A stretch of DNA of 64,000 nt from Paragordius varius (Eukaryota; Animalia; Nematomorpha), in NCBI GenBank assembly GCA_964247055.1, contig OZ176052.1, positions 1,550,001-1,614,000 on the forward strand, read 5' to 3'. Position 1 is the stretch's first letter; the number at the start of each line of letters is the position of its first letter. Below the pieces are notes generated by a model. The model saw only the letters and a program-made list of their open reading frames with translations, ran no database searches and was not told the origin of the DNA. Both the position numbers and the translations under genes were made by a program. Of this stretch, positions 13,701-39,715 are shown in pieces.

Positions 13701-15584
13701 GTTTCTAGGTTGATTGAATTATAGAGCCAGTTATACATTGATTGATTTTTAATGACAAATATTTAATTAAGCATGATCAAAATTAAAAAAAAACGATTTT
13801 AATACAGTTAAAAGCGTTAGCTTATTTAATTATGTATTATTTATAGGGCAGATTGTAAAATTTCACTATTTAAACGTTATAACATAATATAAACCAAATA
13901 TTGCATTGCATATCAAAATGCGTTTCCTAACTGGTTATAAACTAGATTATACCCCTAATAACCAGTTTCATTTATGAAATTGTCTATCTTTATATGTTCC
14001 CTTTTAAAAATTTTCAACCCAATCGAAGTATTGCTGTGATTTTCGTATTAGAGCTTTAGATCAGTCAAATCAAATTTTTTTGCCTATTTTCTCACACTCT
14101 CATAATAGTTTATTTTATTATTAAATGTTAGCAGTACATTTAATATATGAATCAATTAATAATTATTTTTCGAAAACTTAAATCTTGACATTCGCATTCC
14201 ATTTTATTAACTTTACCTTTTAAAGCAGTTTTATATCCCAAAGCGATTTCAAATTTGAATATCTCTACTCAAGGTATTAGGCCGAATTGAATATGCCTTT
14301 TTTAGCAGGCTCCAAATTTTTTTAAAAATGTAAAATTGCGAAAAAAGCTTCATCCCAAACTTTTTCGCTGACATTTTTTTCTCAAGATATTTTAAATCGC
14401 TAATACAACAGCCAAATTGATATTTAATAAATTTGGAAAACGTAAATGATTATAACCACAAACAGTTGAAACTTAAAATCAGCTGGTTATGCCAATCGTG
14501 TTTTGGAGCAAATTTTATTTGTATCCGGGCAATCATTCATTTTTAAAATATGGCCCACCTGATTTTTGGGGAAAATGCAGCCCCCAACAGTACTGTAGGG
14601 CATCTCCATATAGATAATTTTTGTTAATATATATCCTTAAATAATCTATTGCGCACAGTTTTTTTCAATATAATGGGAAAATGCGGTTATTTGATTTTAG
14701 CTATATGTTGAAAAAGTTATTTTATGCCAATGGTATATATTTCATAAATTCAATTATAAGGTAAAGGTATCCTTAAAGTGAGATAATCTGAATTAATCTG
14801 TGAGAAAAATATGCAATTAAATTTTTTACTAACGAGTTATATCACGACATGGTTTAACAGCCTCAGTATGGAATTTGAGCAACAAAAAATAAAACAGCAA
14901 TATCTGAATTGGGGCCAAAAATTTATAAGGGGCATATACTAAATACAATTAATATATAGTGGTTATTTGAAGTACAATCTAGTTTTCAAGAACAGTTAGG
15001 ATACGCTTTGTTCCAAAAATATTAGAATATGTTAAATAAGCCAGAGAGGCTCTTTTTCGCAGTACAGAACTGGATTTTCATAAAAAACTGCGACTGTATG
15101 CGCCCACTTTTGTACTGCTTTTTGCAATAAAAAAAATTTAATTTTTTATAAATATATATTAATTACCTTTAATTTATTCAAAAAATTTATTTTAGAATTT
15201 GATATAGTATCCACTGTAAATATAACCCCATATGTAAAGAAAGGGTTAATTTTCAGGAAAAAAACTAAGATTGGCCTATTTATAATCGGTTAATATTTAA
15301 TTTATGCTCGAATTATACATAAAATTGAATTTTGGATTGGTCACTGCTTATAATCAGCCTTTCGCACAGTGACGAAACTGTAAATTACGGACAGTAAGAT
15401 TCAGGCTCATGGCTCTTTCACCCAGGGCTTCGCAAAAAGAGGTGCCTCAAAATTTAAAATTAACAAAATAAATTTATGATATTTTAATAAATGTTTCAAG
15501 TTAGAAAAATTTTTGTTATAATTATCAAATGGAAAATTGTATAGATATTGTTATTCCCGTAACATATTATTTAAAATTTATTAA

Positions 15585-16147
15585 ATACTCGTGCTGCTAC
15601 GCAACCCGGGGGGGGGGGGTGCTATTTGAAAAAAGGGAGAATAAAATAAACCACATATGTGGAATTTTTCGAAACATTATTTAATATCTATCTCATAGGA
15701 ATTTTAAAACGGTGCATTCATACTAATTTATTGTTTACTTGGGAGAAAAATAGAGTCAAAAAATTATTTTTGTGGACTTTGTTTTTTTAAAAAATGGCAT
15801 TTTACGGGGAGAGCGGGTAAAAGGAGGGTCTAAATTAAAAATGCGAGCCAACTATGTTCGGCGCAATCGAAAATAAGTAAACAAAAATTATATTTGAAAT
15901 TGAATGGTCCAACACGTTCTCCGGAAAATTGTCTCAAAAACACGATTTTGTGGACTTCTGTTTTCAAAAAAAACCCGTTTTTCATACGGGGTGGGCCCGA
16001 ACTGGGAGCCTATTTCAAAAAAAGGGCGAAGCTATTGTCGGGGCATTCATTAATGATTTTTTTTCGATATTTGGATTTGAATGGGTTACCGGTTTTCCGG
16101 AAACAGATCACAAAGCCAGCATTTTCCATTTTTATAAATATATAGAT
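15585..16147 (+). mobile_element. Helentron/DINE-like element copy
   Basis: CTCGTGCTGCTACGC plus poly-G 5' end, conserved core, CCGGTTTTCCGG subterminal hairpin, TATAGAT end. Confidence 0.65.
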
Positions 16148-16364
16148 TACCATAAATAATGTTTTATTATCCATATATTTATAAACATCCTATACATATG
16201 ATAGATAAATAAATAATAAAACAACAAACTAATACGATTTTATGTTTAAAATCAATAAAGTCTGATTGATCATTTAATTGTCTCGTTTGAATATTGAGAT
16301 AGACAATTTTATTTGAAATGATCATAATATATTTTTGATTTTATAAGCAATTTTATGCGGCACA

Positions 16365-17259
16365 TAGTCTCATATTCTGAAATTTGGCTCCTAAGGCATG
16401 CTGTATCGATATGATGGCGCAGTTGTAGGCGGGTAGCCCACTACCCAGAGGCCAATATAAAAATGTAGTTAGATAAAAGAATTTGCCTTTGTACCTAGAA
16501 TCATCATTCATTCCTAATAGTTTATGGAAGAATGGATTCAAAACTAAATAATAGTTCAATGATAGCGCATTTTTAGGGAGTAAAGGGCCTTTTTAATGCT
16601 TATTTCAAAAAATCCGCTCGACTTAAATTTTTAACTTTTTACGGGTAATAATTTAAGCAGCTATTGAACGCATATGGCCTGATAGGTTTTCTGAAGTTTA
16701 GCCCCAAAAGCACGCTCTTTTGATATGACGGGTCAGTTTTTCGCGGGCTCCTTACCCAGCAGCTATCATGAAAGAAACGCTTGACTAAAAGTTTTGTCTT
16801 TTAACAGGGAATACGTGGAATCTTTATTTAATTTTTACGGTCTCATACCTTGGGCGAAAAATAGAATCAAAAAATTATTTTTGTGGACTTTGTTTTTTGA
16901 AAAAAATGGCATTTTACGGGGGAAGCGGGTAAAAAGAGGGCCTAAGTTAAAAAAGCGAGACGACTATGTTCGGCGCAATCGAAAATAAGTAAACAAAAAT
17001 CATATTTGCAATTGAATGGTCCAACACGTTTTCGGAAAATTGTCTCAAAGACACGATTTTTGTGGACTTCTGTTTTCAAAAAAAACCGTTTTTACACGGG
17101 GTGGGCCCGAACTGGGGGCCTAATTTAAAAAAAGGGCGAAGCTATTGTCGGGGCATTCATTAATGATTATTTTTTTTCGATATTTGGATTTGAATGGGTC
17201 TACCGGTTTTCCGGTACCAGATCACAAAGCCAGCATTTTTCATTTTTATAAATATAGAT
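16365..17259 (+). mobile_element. Helentron/DINE-like element copy with part of the tandem array, head-to-tail with the previous copy
   Basis: 16365-16800 matches the reverse complement of array units at ~5860-6920; core 16800-17230; TACCGG-TTTT-CCGGTA hairpin; ends AATATAGAT. Confidence 0.65.
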
Positions 17260-18856
17260 GACATGATTTCAAAAATAACAATTTTTCGTATTAAAAAATA
17301 AGAGTTTTTTACGTTTTCTACAATCATTAGGTGAAAGGTATGATATTTCTTAATTCTTTTCCTAAACTTTAATATTTATTAGTTTTCTTATTTTTTGCAT
17401 AAACAAATTTGAGATATTTTATTGAACTGTACAAACTATTTTGAAGCGGAAACGGTACAACGCCTTATAAAACAAAACCATTTTTCTAAATTCGATGATT
17501 GTGAACTATACTAGAGGTTTAGAATTTTAATTTAAAGGTTTGTTTGGTTGCAAATTTAGGTGAATTTTTGTAAAAAACACAATTTTTATTTAACATAAAT
17601 TTAAAAACGAACGAATATTTTAATCGAAATTCTAATAGAAAGGCTTATCGAATTATATATTTATAATATATAAATGTTATAACATCTCAACCGTTTACAT
17701 GGTTTCCATCATGCACAAAATAATATGAAGTATGCTTCAACAAAATTTTGCTAAAAATTAGATTTTTGAAAGTATGCATTTTTTAACTATTTAGTTGATA
17801 TCAAAATTTAGCACATATGTAAAATTATTGCACAATGTCGGAATTTTGCGTTTATTTCAAGAGAACAGTCCATTTTAAAAGAGCCAAAAAATTTAAGATT
17901 TTCAGAGCCCACATCAAAAAATTTTAAAAATATTGTTTTGCTTTTTATATGTAGTTTACGTAATATTTTAGTGATATTTTTTGAAATATAGCATTCAGCC
18001 TTTTCCAAAAAAAAATATTTGAAAAAGGGCACTTTTTGCAATTTTATACGGGGCACTTACCACAAAACTGTAAAAAACTTTCTTTAAAATTCGTAAAGGT
18101 ATAACCAAAAGCACCATGATAATCCTGTTATTTTCCTATCTGAATATGTATATGTATATATAATTCATCAGGATATTTTTTTGTGGAAACTGTGTAATAT
18201 ACCACATCGATGGTGTAAAAACAGACAAAGTATGTTTTAATTTTGTACTGCGTCCAAGTTTAAAATATCTGGTCACATGAATATATGACGACAGCGTTTG
18301 ATAACAATCGCATACGAGTTTCGTGTGCTTGGTATGTTTTAGGTGTTCAACACAAATGGATTGGCGGGCCGCATTTTTAACCCAAAAAATTAGAGAGTCG
18401 CTAACTTAAGACTGTAAAATGCAACATGATACTAAAAAAATTCTAGTTCTTGCCAATTATGTACACAGACTTAATAAAATTGCTCAGAAATATTAATTTT
18501 ACTAAGTTTTGTGGGCATATTTTTTCAAATTATTGAGTTCTAATAAGTGTCAGATGGCCGGGTGTTGAAAAGCCCTGTTTTAATCTACTTGTTGCATTGG
18601 TTATTTTTTAATTTAGTTTTCAGGGTTAATGAAGGCGAACGCGATATCCGCATTTGTAAATTTTAAAATTTGGGGTTTTCATAATACATGTCAATTAATT
18701 TCACAATTTAAAAAATGCGTTATTATATTTATTATCTATACCCATAATTTGATTGGAATCATCATATAATAAAAAATTTTAATCACATAAACTAGCGATA
18801 AATAAAAGATAAAGCTTTTAATTATATTTTTAATATATTTAATTTCCCGAATGTTT

Positions 18857-21800
18857 TTATTCTTCCATGGCGTTTTTGATAAAATCTTGATATTTATGAA
18901 CCAAATAATATGGTTGCTTGTCTCTTTGACATACAGTATCTTTTCTTAGAGCTAATAATCTATCATGGCACACCAAGGGCATTCCCAAGTCATTCTATAC
19001 CAAAGGAAATTACAATCATGCTTGAGGTGACAATTATAATTGTTAATATACAGTAGTGTATGGCATAAAACATTATTAGTCCATAAATTAAAAAGTTTTT
19101 TTAAAAAAAACAAGCCTAGTTGTATATAGACATGTCCATAAGATCCCCTTGTTTTTTAAAAGAAACATTTTTTATTCTTTTATGGACTAATATTGTTTTA
19201 TGCCATACGCAACTGTATTATCCCTGACTGTGATTGCTTATAATAAGAATAAGCAGGTTAATTTTTTCATATGTTTATGTAAAACAAATGTAAATTAGAG
19301 GTAGAAAACATAAATTATCTTTGATTTTCGAAATTTAACAATTATTTTGTCCCTCTAATTAATAATATTAGCAAGCTTAGAAACTATTTAAGTGACTCCG
19401 TTTTTTTATTTAGTTGTACCATATATTTTCAGTAATTATTTTAATTAATTTGATTTGATTGTCTTTATAATTTAACACCGATTCAAATTGGGGTATCTAA
19501 ATACCCCAGGCATTATTTAAATTGATATTTTTAGAAAACTACTGAAGGAAAAGGTTCCAATTTAAATTTATACTTTTAGACCAATAAAAATTATATAAAT
19601 AAGCCAAAATATCTAAATAAAATTTAGTTTTGAAAAAAAAGTTCCGTATCAAATTACTTGGACGCCATTTTTATTTTACAACATTTTTGCAAAATATCGT
19701 GCTTATTTGATTCTAAGACTAAAATTAAGTTTTGATACAAACCAAAAAAAAGTGGTATATTTTGCAGTATTTTGCTTATACACACATGGCTAAATTTTTA
19801 CCTTTTGGTTTCCCTGAATAAGTAATATCAAGTATTTTTAAATCAAAATTTTATTATATTTCCGTTCATTAATGTTGTGCAATTTGCCATCGTTTTAATT
19901 TATTCCATATCTGAATTATTTATATTTAAACAAGCCTTGGGTACTTAACTACTTTGATTTGAATCGAGGGACTGAAAAAAAGTCTTTGTATCCAAGTGTT
20001 AAACAAGTTATCAATATAAATATACAGCCATACCAACAAAAGACATTACAGGTTAATTCATAGCATACGAAAAAAATTAACCGTTTTAAATTATTTTTAG
20101 CATTATATTACTTGGCATTCATAATCATATTCTTCAATTTGTCTATTTTCAACTTCAACAATATTAGACCCGTTGTTGGAATGCAAATTACTTCGGTAAA
20201 GGGCGTGAAAATGTCGCTCGGACTCCTGATTTATCTCTTTATCACTTATGTGGAAAACTGTATAAGATGTTTAAAAAAATATATTTATATTATTGCATTA
20301 TAAAACATACATCACTTAACAAAGAAATTTTAAACATATTTATTAAACATGGTTTATTAAAAGTCAAAACCTATAATGTTTCTAACACCCATGTCCTTTG
20401 TTAATAATCCACCCTCTGGCAATTCTAAATTAATACTCTATGTCGTTAACGGGTTTGTTTATATATTATAAATATTCTATAGCTTTTTAGGCGTATAGGG
20501 AGTAAAAAGTTTCCTCATCTAAAACTGAGAAGCCGCCATATTTTTTAAACTTTTTTGGTAATATATATATGATAAAGAAATCAAAAAAATTGCATTTAAA
20601 ATGTTTTTGACGCATATTCACACTAGTTTTCAGTATTTATTAATTTATATCAGCTTGTTTCAGAGTGATTTGATTGCTATAATAAGTCAAAAACTGTACA
20701 AATTTAAAGTTTTATCTATTATAGTAATTTTCATTTTTTTATAATCACTGAAATACAAGGTTACAACTCTAGGATTGCGGATACCCTGATATGTAGATTA
20801 TATTATTATTTTAAATTGAAAAGCGATGAGTTAATTATGATATATATATTTAAGCATTTAAGCTACGACGATTTGTTTGAAGAATTTTTAACCATAGGCA
20901 TATAATTCTAAGAAATAACTGTTGTCATAAAGGAAAATGTCAAAAAAACTTACATGATGTCAATTTATTCAAAACTCCTTGATGCACACCAAATCTATAA
21001 ACATCGCATGGTGCAATGATATAGGCATTCATAAGAGGATATTTTACAGGAGTTGATAAATCCGAAAAATCGGTTGGAACTTCCAGAGAATAGGTTGGCA
21101 CGTCCTGCTCTTCGCTTAGGAGAAGTAGGGATAAAGGATTATTCTCAGGCCCATTAATGATACGTTTTACTTTGATGTTAAAATCTTTCAAAGGCTTTCC
21201 CCCTTGGATCGATATAGCATCGGAGCTAAAGTAATTATATACCACCATATTGTTATAATCAACAATAGATACCATTATTAATTAAAAAACAAGACTTTAG
21301 TAAAATGCAACATTTTTTATCAAGAGAATTTATAATTTTAAAAATATTTTTTGACAATTAGTTATTTTTGGGGGATTTTAGCGTTGAATGCGAAAATAGA
21401 ATAATATAATATGCTCAAAATATTTATTGTCTTAAAATGTGATATTTTTCATAGGAATTATACAATGTGTAAAAATTGGAAATATATAATGTAGTTTTTG
21501 TAGACGCGTTTTAATTATGAATGTAAATTGTATCAAAAATATTTTGGACTTTGATTCTTCAATTAAACAAGGAAGTACCTTGGGAATCATATTACATTTT
21601 CCAATCCAAATTTTTTGCAGTTATACAAATTATATTTTTTTTAATTTTTTTAAAAGCGTACGAAATACCAAAAATTAATTCTATAATTTTTTGATTGAAT
21701 ATTTAACCAAAATAATTAATGATTAGTAATACAACATCTTTTGATTTATATGCTATTTTTTGCACACATGATTGATACTGGAAAATGCAATTCTATTTAT

Positions 21801-22795
21801 TACTTTTAATATTTTAGAATGGAAAGGAAATATATCATTAAAAGTATGGGGAATATATAAAATTTAAATTAGACTTGACGCCTTCCACGCACTCCTTTAA
21901 GGTCAAGATGTGCTTTCGGGACACGTAACTTCCTTGACAATTTTTTGATGGTAGCACTATTTTAACCTAAAATATACGAAATTGGAAAAATAATTACTGG
22001 ATAAATTTTGTTTAATAAAATTAGTCATAAGAAATATATGAAATTTAAAAGTGTAATGGGGGTGAAATGTTAAGAGTTATAAATGCAATTATATAAAAAG
22101 TTTTCGTCGTATAGAAGTAGTACTTTAAAAATTATTAGTAATCAATAAGAAGGGCGTGTTGACAAATATATTTACATAAGTTTAGATATAATATCATAAA
22201 TTTATTTATTTATTGCATTCTCTTATAAATGCCCAAAATATAGTAAAAAATTAACCCAAAATGTATCTTACCATAAAAATCCACAAAATTCCGCATTTAA
22301 ATACGTATCAACAATAAATTCATCGAATGTTAACATAAAAATTGCTATAATATTCTCAAAATTTAGCATCACAACAAAATATCCATCAAATTAAGCCTAT
22401 GTTAATCTCTCAATCCTCTTTCATATATGGACTAAATTTTGGAGAGAAGTTTTTTTACATTTGTTAAACCATTTATTTCTTTTATATGACTAAAAATTAC
22501 TTAACATATATTAAAATGCATACTGTAAATTTAAAATCCATAAATAAACCAAAAATAAAACGAATATATTCAATAATTATACATGGTTTGGTTGATCTTT
22601 ATAGTATTTATCGTATTTAGAAATGTAGGTAGGAGTACCAACACTATAATATCCTAAAAGAGGTAAAACAATTTGATAATAAAAAATTGTAAAGCACACA
22701 TAAAATATATAAACTAGGTAAAAAATACTCCTACCTCCCAACGAATGTCCAAAAAGTAGAGATATGATGACAAGTATTAAAAGAGATGATTCCAT
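18857..22795 (-). CDS. Secreted trypsin-like serine protease homolog, copy B (S1 fold, triad lost), 259 aa
   Basis: GT-AG exons 22795-22735, 22653-22583, 21966-21875, 21225-20954, 20257-20112, 18994-18857 (780 nt, open). Signal peptide; CQGSYVSRKHILTLKEC (for CGG..HVLTAAHC), NNPLSLLLL (for NDIALL), CDVYRFG (for C..SGWG), CQNDLGMPLVC (for CQGDSGGPLVC). Confidence 0.85.
19472..20002. mobile_element. TTAA-flanked MITE, piggyBac-like (related copies ~25614-26145 and ~47180-47737)
   Basis: TTAA at 19472-19475 and 19999-20002; termini CAC...GTG; the right end reads TTAACACTTGGAT on the minus strand; internal homology among three copies. Confidence 0.55.
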
Positions 22796-22819
22796 AGTAA
22801 TAAATTTTAAGAATAAATA

Positions 22820-22940
22820 TTATTTCCATTTAGAGGCTTTCCTTTTATATGGTTTTTTTCGCTTCAAAATCTTACGCAATCTTTAATTTGGTGTCCTTTT
22901 AACAATAACGAATCTCGTGAAATCGGTTATCATTTGAGGT
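22820..22940 (-). promoter_or_regulatory. Proximal promoter of pseudoprotease B
   Basis: Minus-strand TATAAAAG at ~22842-22849; same conserved blocks as copy A, including a C/EBP-like TTACGCAAT. Confidence 0.55.
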
Positions 22941-25499
22941 TTTTAGGTCGATCTAATTTTAACACTTTAAAATGTGTCAATTAAATTATCTATGGCAAAT
23001 ATTTAATTAAGCATGATTAAATTAAAATTAACCATCCTACTACCATTAAACAGCTTTAAATTATTTGATCATATATTTATATAATTACATATAATTTTAT
23101 CCCTATTTGACAAGATATAATAACCTAACATTGCATTTTTTATGACAAAGCATGACCTAAGTGATGCCCTTAAACTGCAAATTATTTTTAAAGATTTCTT
23201 ATTACCCGGTTGAAAATATTTGTGTTCCAATTAAATATTGCTATTTTATCATCTATTGCTATATATTCCGTCACTTTAATGCATGTCATAATACCCATGA
23301 TTTAGCTCGAGTCAATTAAATTTTATTATATCAGATTTTAATAGTTTTATGTATTATATTTAAAAATTACATGATCATTACAATCAAATTATTATATATA
23401 TTAAATCATTTTATATGTAGAGCTAATCAAAAAACCACATTTTTTACATTCCATTAAATATATTAATAATTATTGGAGCAAACAGAACAAAAATTAATAT
23501 TTTTTATCGATCAGGATATTTTTTTATTGTGTTATATCACTTTGCCAGTTGTATTAGCGATTTAAAAAAATTCAAAGAAAAATATAGCGGCAAAAAAGTT
23601 TGATATGGGATTTTTTACAGTTTACCTTTTCAAATTTTTTTATTAATCATGCGGTTTAGAGTATACTAACTATTTTCATCCTACTTTTTTATTTATTTGG
23701 AGAAGATTACATTTCGTAAAAGTTTTGTCTGCAGAGCTTATACTCATTATATACTGCTTTGAAAGTTGCTTGGTTTCTATTTATAATCATCTTTATTATT
23801 AAAAAAGAAATTTTTTGGGGATTAGCTGGCTTTACAGTCCAGAATAGGGATGCAATACAACACTTAAAAACCCAGTAACTTTAAGATCAATAAAAAAAAA
23901 TTGCTGCTGAAAGGTACACTAAAAATTGAAATTATATGGACAAAGCGTAAATATGTAAAGACAAATATTTTTATCTAAAAGACAACCATAATTTTTAAAA
24001 CCTTAATTTTTCTCAGATAAGCTATTTAGTTACAATTATAAAATATAGGATTGATCATTGTAATATATATCCCTTCACATTTGCCATTTAAAACAATGAG
24101 TTATATTGAAATAAATTAGGATTTTAAAAGTATGGTTGTCTTTTAGAAAAAAATATTTGTCTTTTTATTTTTACGTTTTGTCCTTAAAATTTCAGTTTTT
24201 ACTGTATTTTAAAAGCATTCCAAGGTTAATTATTTACATTTTTTAACCATACACATCTATTTTGCCTGTTGTTATAGTGATTTACAAAAATGGCAGCGAA
24301 AAAGATTGAGATGAAGACATTTTTACAATTTTACAATTTTTAAACTTCTTTGGAATTACGCCAAGGCTAAAGGCATATATATGAATTTAGCTCAAAAATA
24401 CCTTTTAGATATTTAAATTTAATAATAATATGGGGTAAACTACCCCAACTAGTATTAAGTGTTGAATTTATTCTTAAAAAAATATTCGGCATTTTTTGAT
24501 TCAAAATCGCATAATTAATACCTAATTTATTTGTAATTATGAAAGTGTGAAAAACTAAGTTTTTTTATTCTATAAAGATTAATAATTAACACTCTTTTAC
24601 CTTTTCGGGTATTGATCAGAGCTATTATTAAAGCATATCACAATGTAATATAACATTCCATTACCTTTCGCGTATTTTATATCCCAGAGCGTGGAAATTA
24701 AACGTTTTAAAAAGTATTCAAGATATTAGCCAAATTTAGAAATATGCTTCCTTTAGCCTTTTAGGCTCATTATTCATTTTTTTAAGAAAAATGTAAAATT
24801 GTAAACAATCCTCTTCTCAAACTCCCCCTTCCCCATTTTCTCTATAATTTTTTTATATCGCTAATGCAACAGTCAAATAAATGTACATTATGATTACATC
24901 ATGTAAAAGTTCAACTTTAAAAACTTTTTGGTGACATTTTACCAGCAAAAGCTCGGTTTGTTTTTATTTTAATATCCGCTGTTCGTTTTCATCGCGTATC
25001 TAATACATGGCAGATTTTAAAATTAAAATTTAGCTAAAACAATTTCCATAAATGTAGTTTATGTAAAAAATTCAGCCCTGGGATATACTACCCCATTCTG
25101 TATTTTAGGGCAAAAAGTGAGGTAATGAAGTGATAACATTGAGCCAACATTATAATGACCATTTAAGCGCACTTTTCTAAAAAAAATAATTTGAACTGAA
25201 ATAATCTCCATCTTAAACTTTTTGAGATTTTAATTAGCACTAAAAAAGTTGGTACATAAACACATAATATGAACAAAGAAACTCAATTTACACTGCTTTT
25301 ATTTCACTGCGTCAATTGGGGGTATAAATTTCGATGAAATATATATATATATATATATATAAATTTTGATAGGAAAAATCAGGATTTCTGGCGCTGGCCC
25401 TTACATGTGATAAAAAGTTATTTACACTTTTGTGGTAACTGCTCCAGATCAGAAAACCAACGCACTTTTTTGCTGTATATTTTTTTATGAAAGCTAATT

Positions 25500-26800
25500 C
25501 TTTATTCCAAAAAATAGCAAAACATATCATAAACTACATAAAAGAACCAAAATAATATTATAAAATTTTAATTTCTAGATGTGAGCTCCGAAAGTTCCAA
25601 ACTTTTTGCCCCTTTAACACACTGATTCAAATTGGGGTATATAAATAGCCCAGAATTTGAGTTAGGATTTAGAAAAAACTACTAAAGGAAACGGTCCCAA
25701 TTTAAATTTATGCTTCTATCCTTATCAAAATTATATAAATATGCCAGAATATCTAAATAGAATTTTGTTGAAAAAAAAAGTTCCATGTCAAACTACTTCG
25801 ACGCCATTTTTATTTTGCAAAATTTTTGCAAAATATCGTCTTCATTTAATTTTGAGGGTAAAATTAAAGCTAATTTTTTATTCAAATACATTGATAGAAA
25901 TAGAAAAAGCGGTTCATTTTGTATTATTTTTTAATTTTACCATTTCACACATGTCACATTGACGAAATTTTTACCTTTCGTTTTTACCTTTAAATAAGTA
26001 ATATATATATAGTATTTTTGAATATAATAATTTATTTATTTCGGTTTAATAATGTTATATAAGTGCAAAGTCTTGCCAAGGTTTCGATTCCTTCCATATT
26101 TTTTAAAGAATTTAATTTTAAACAGACCTGGGGTATTCATGTTAAAAGAACTCCATTAAAAAAAGCGCAAAAACGTCGAGATTTTGCGATAAAAGTTTTA
26201 AATATATTCTAAATTGGCAAAATGTTTTTTTCGAAAAAATTTCTTTAAAAATTTAATTTTTCGCAAAATTTTGAAGTATATTTTGTACTATATTGAGCCA
26301 CAAAGAAAACGGTACAAAAATACTTAATTTATATAATCTGATGATGCAGAACATTTCCATCACTTCAGAACTTTGATTAAAATATTCGTTTCGTCTTCAT
26401 TTTTAGATTAATTTACACTTGTGTTGTTTAAGGAATTTTACCGAAATTAGAAAGCAAACAAAATTAAAATTCTGAGGCGATAGAAGTGTTCAGCATCATT
26501 TATATATAAAATTTTTATTTAAAACGTTTTTAAACCGTTTAAACATGCCAGAAAATAGAATAAAAAGTTTCAACTTTGCTTAAAATTAGGTTTTTAAAAA
26601 AATATATTTATTAAAAAATATTTATATTTATTATCAAAATTTAAACTTTCTTTCCGCCTTGAATTTTTTGCCTTTATTTTAAAAGAATTAGCCCATAAGA
26701 GCAAAAAAATTGGAACTTTCGGAGCCCACGTCTAAAAAAAATTTTAAATACTTTGTTTTGCCTTTAACGTGTTTTATAATATATATTAGTCATATTTTTT
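25500..26800. mobile_element. Degenerate long-inverted-repeat element enclosing a TTAA MITE
   Basis: CTAGATGTGAGCTCCGAAAGTTCCAA (~25575) is inverted relative to TTGGAACTTTCGGAGCCCACGTCTA (~26710); related sequence at ~17880-17960. Confidence 0.4.
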
Positions 26801-26880
26801 TAATAGACATTCAATCCCTCGTAAGCACCTAAAGCAAAATCCTCAAGATAACCCTGATACTTATTTCTATCACAATAAAT

Positions 26881-26886
<6 letters not shown>

Positions 26887-26931
<45 letters not shown>
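26887..26931. repeat. (AT)n microsatellite
   Basis: Perfect AT dinucleotide run. Confidence 0.95.
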
Positions 26932-26935
<4 letters not shown>

Positions 26936-27159
26936 CATCCGGATAATTTTTTATACCCCATCCAGGCATCCAGCATTAGAAAATATATACAAAAAACAAT
27001 AACCTTCCCAAATGCGGCTTTGTTATGTTGCATGCCCTATTTTAAAAACCGGCTGATATTTTACGTTTTATTATTGACAAATAATTTTAGGTTCTTAAAA
27101 ATTTTTATCGCAACATCAAAATGATTTCAATGGTATATATTTATAAATATATTTTATAG

Positions 27160-39715
<12,556 letters not shown>

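Noticed and set aside
4920-20800. Scattered hAT-MITE-like ends (~4920-4990, 10480-10830, 12390-12450, 18350-18580, 20770; also 42600-42820)
   Set aside because: Too decayed to pair TIRs with TSDs confidently, so not listed as individual features.
22654-22734. 81-nt stop-free in-frame intron 1 of pseudoprotease B; retention would add a hydrophobic 27-aa segment
   Set aside because: The equivalent intron in copy A has an in-frame stop, and T-rich introns translate as hydrophobic by default.
25270-25530. Possible plus-strand GlyRS leader exons (MNKETQF...|EKSGFLALAL...)
   Set aside because: They end in phase 2 while the first GlyRS exon found starts in phase 0, and show no WHEP or clear targeting-peptide similarity.
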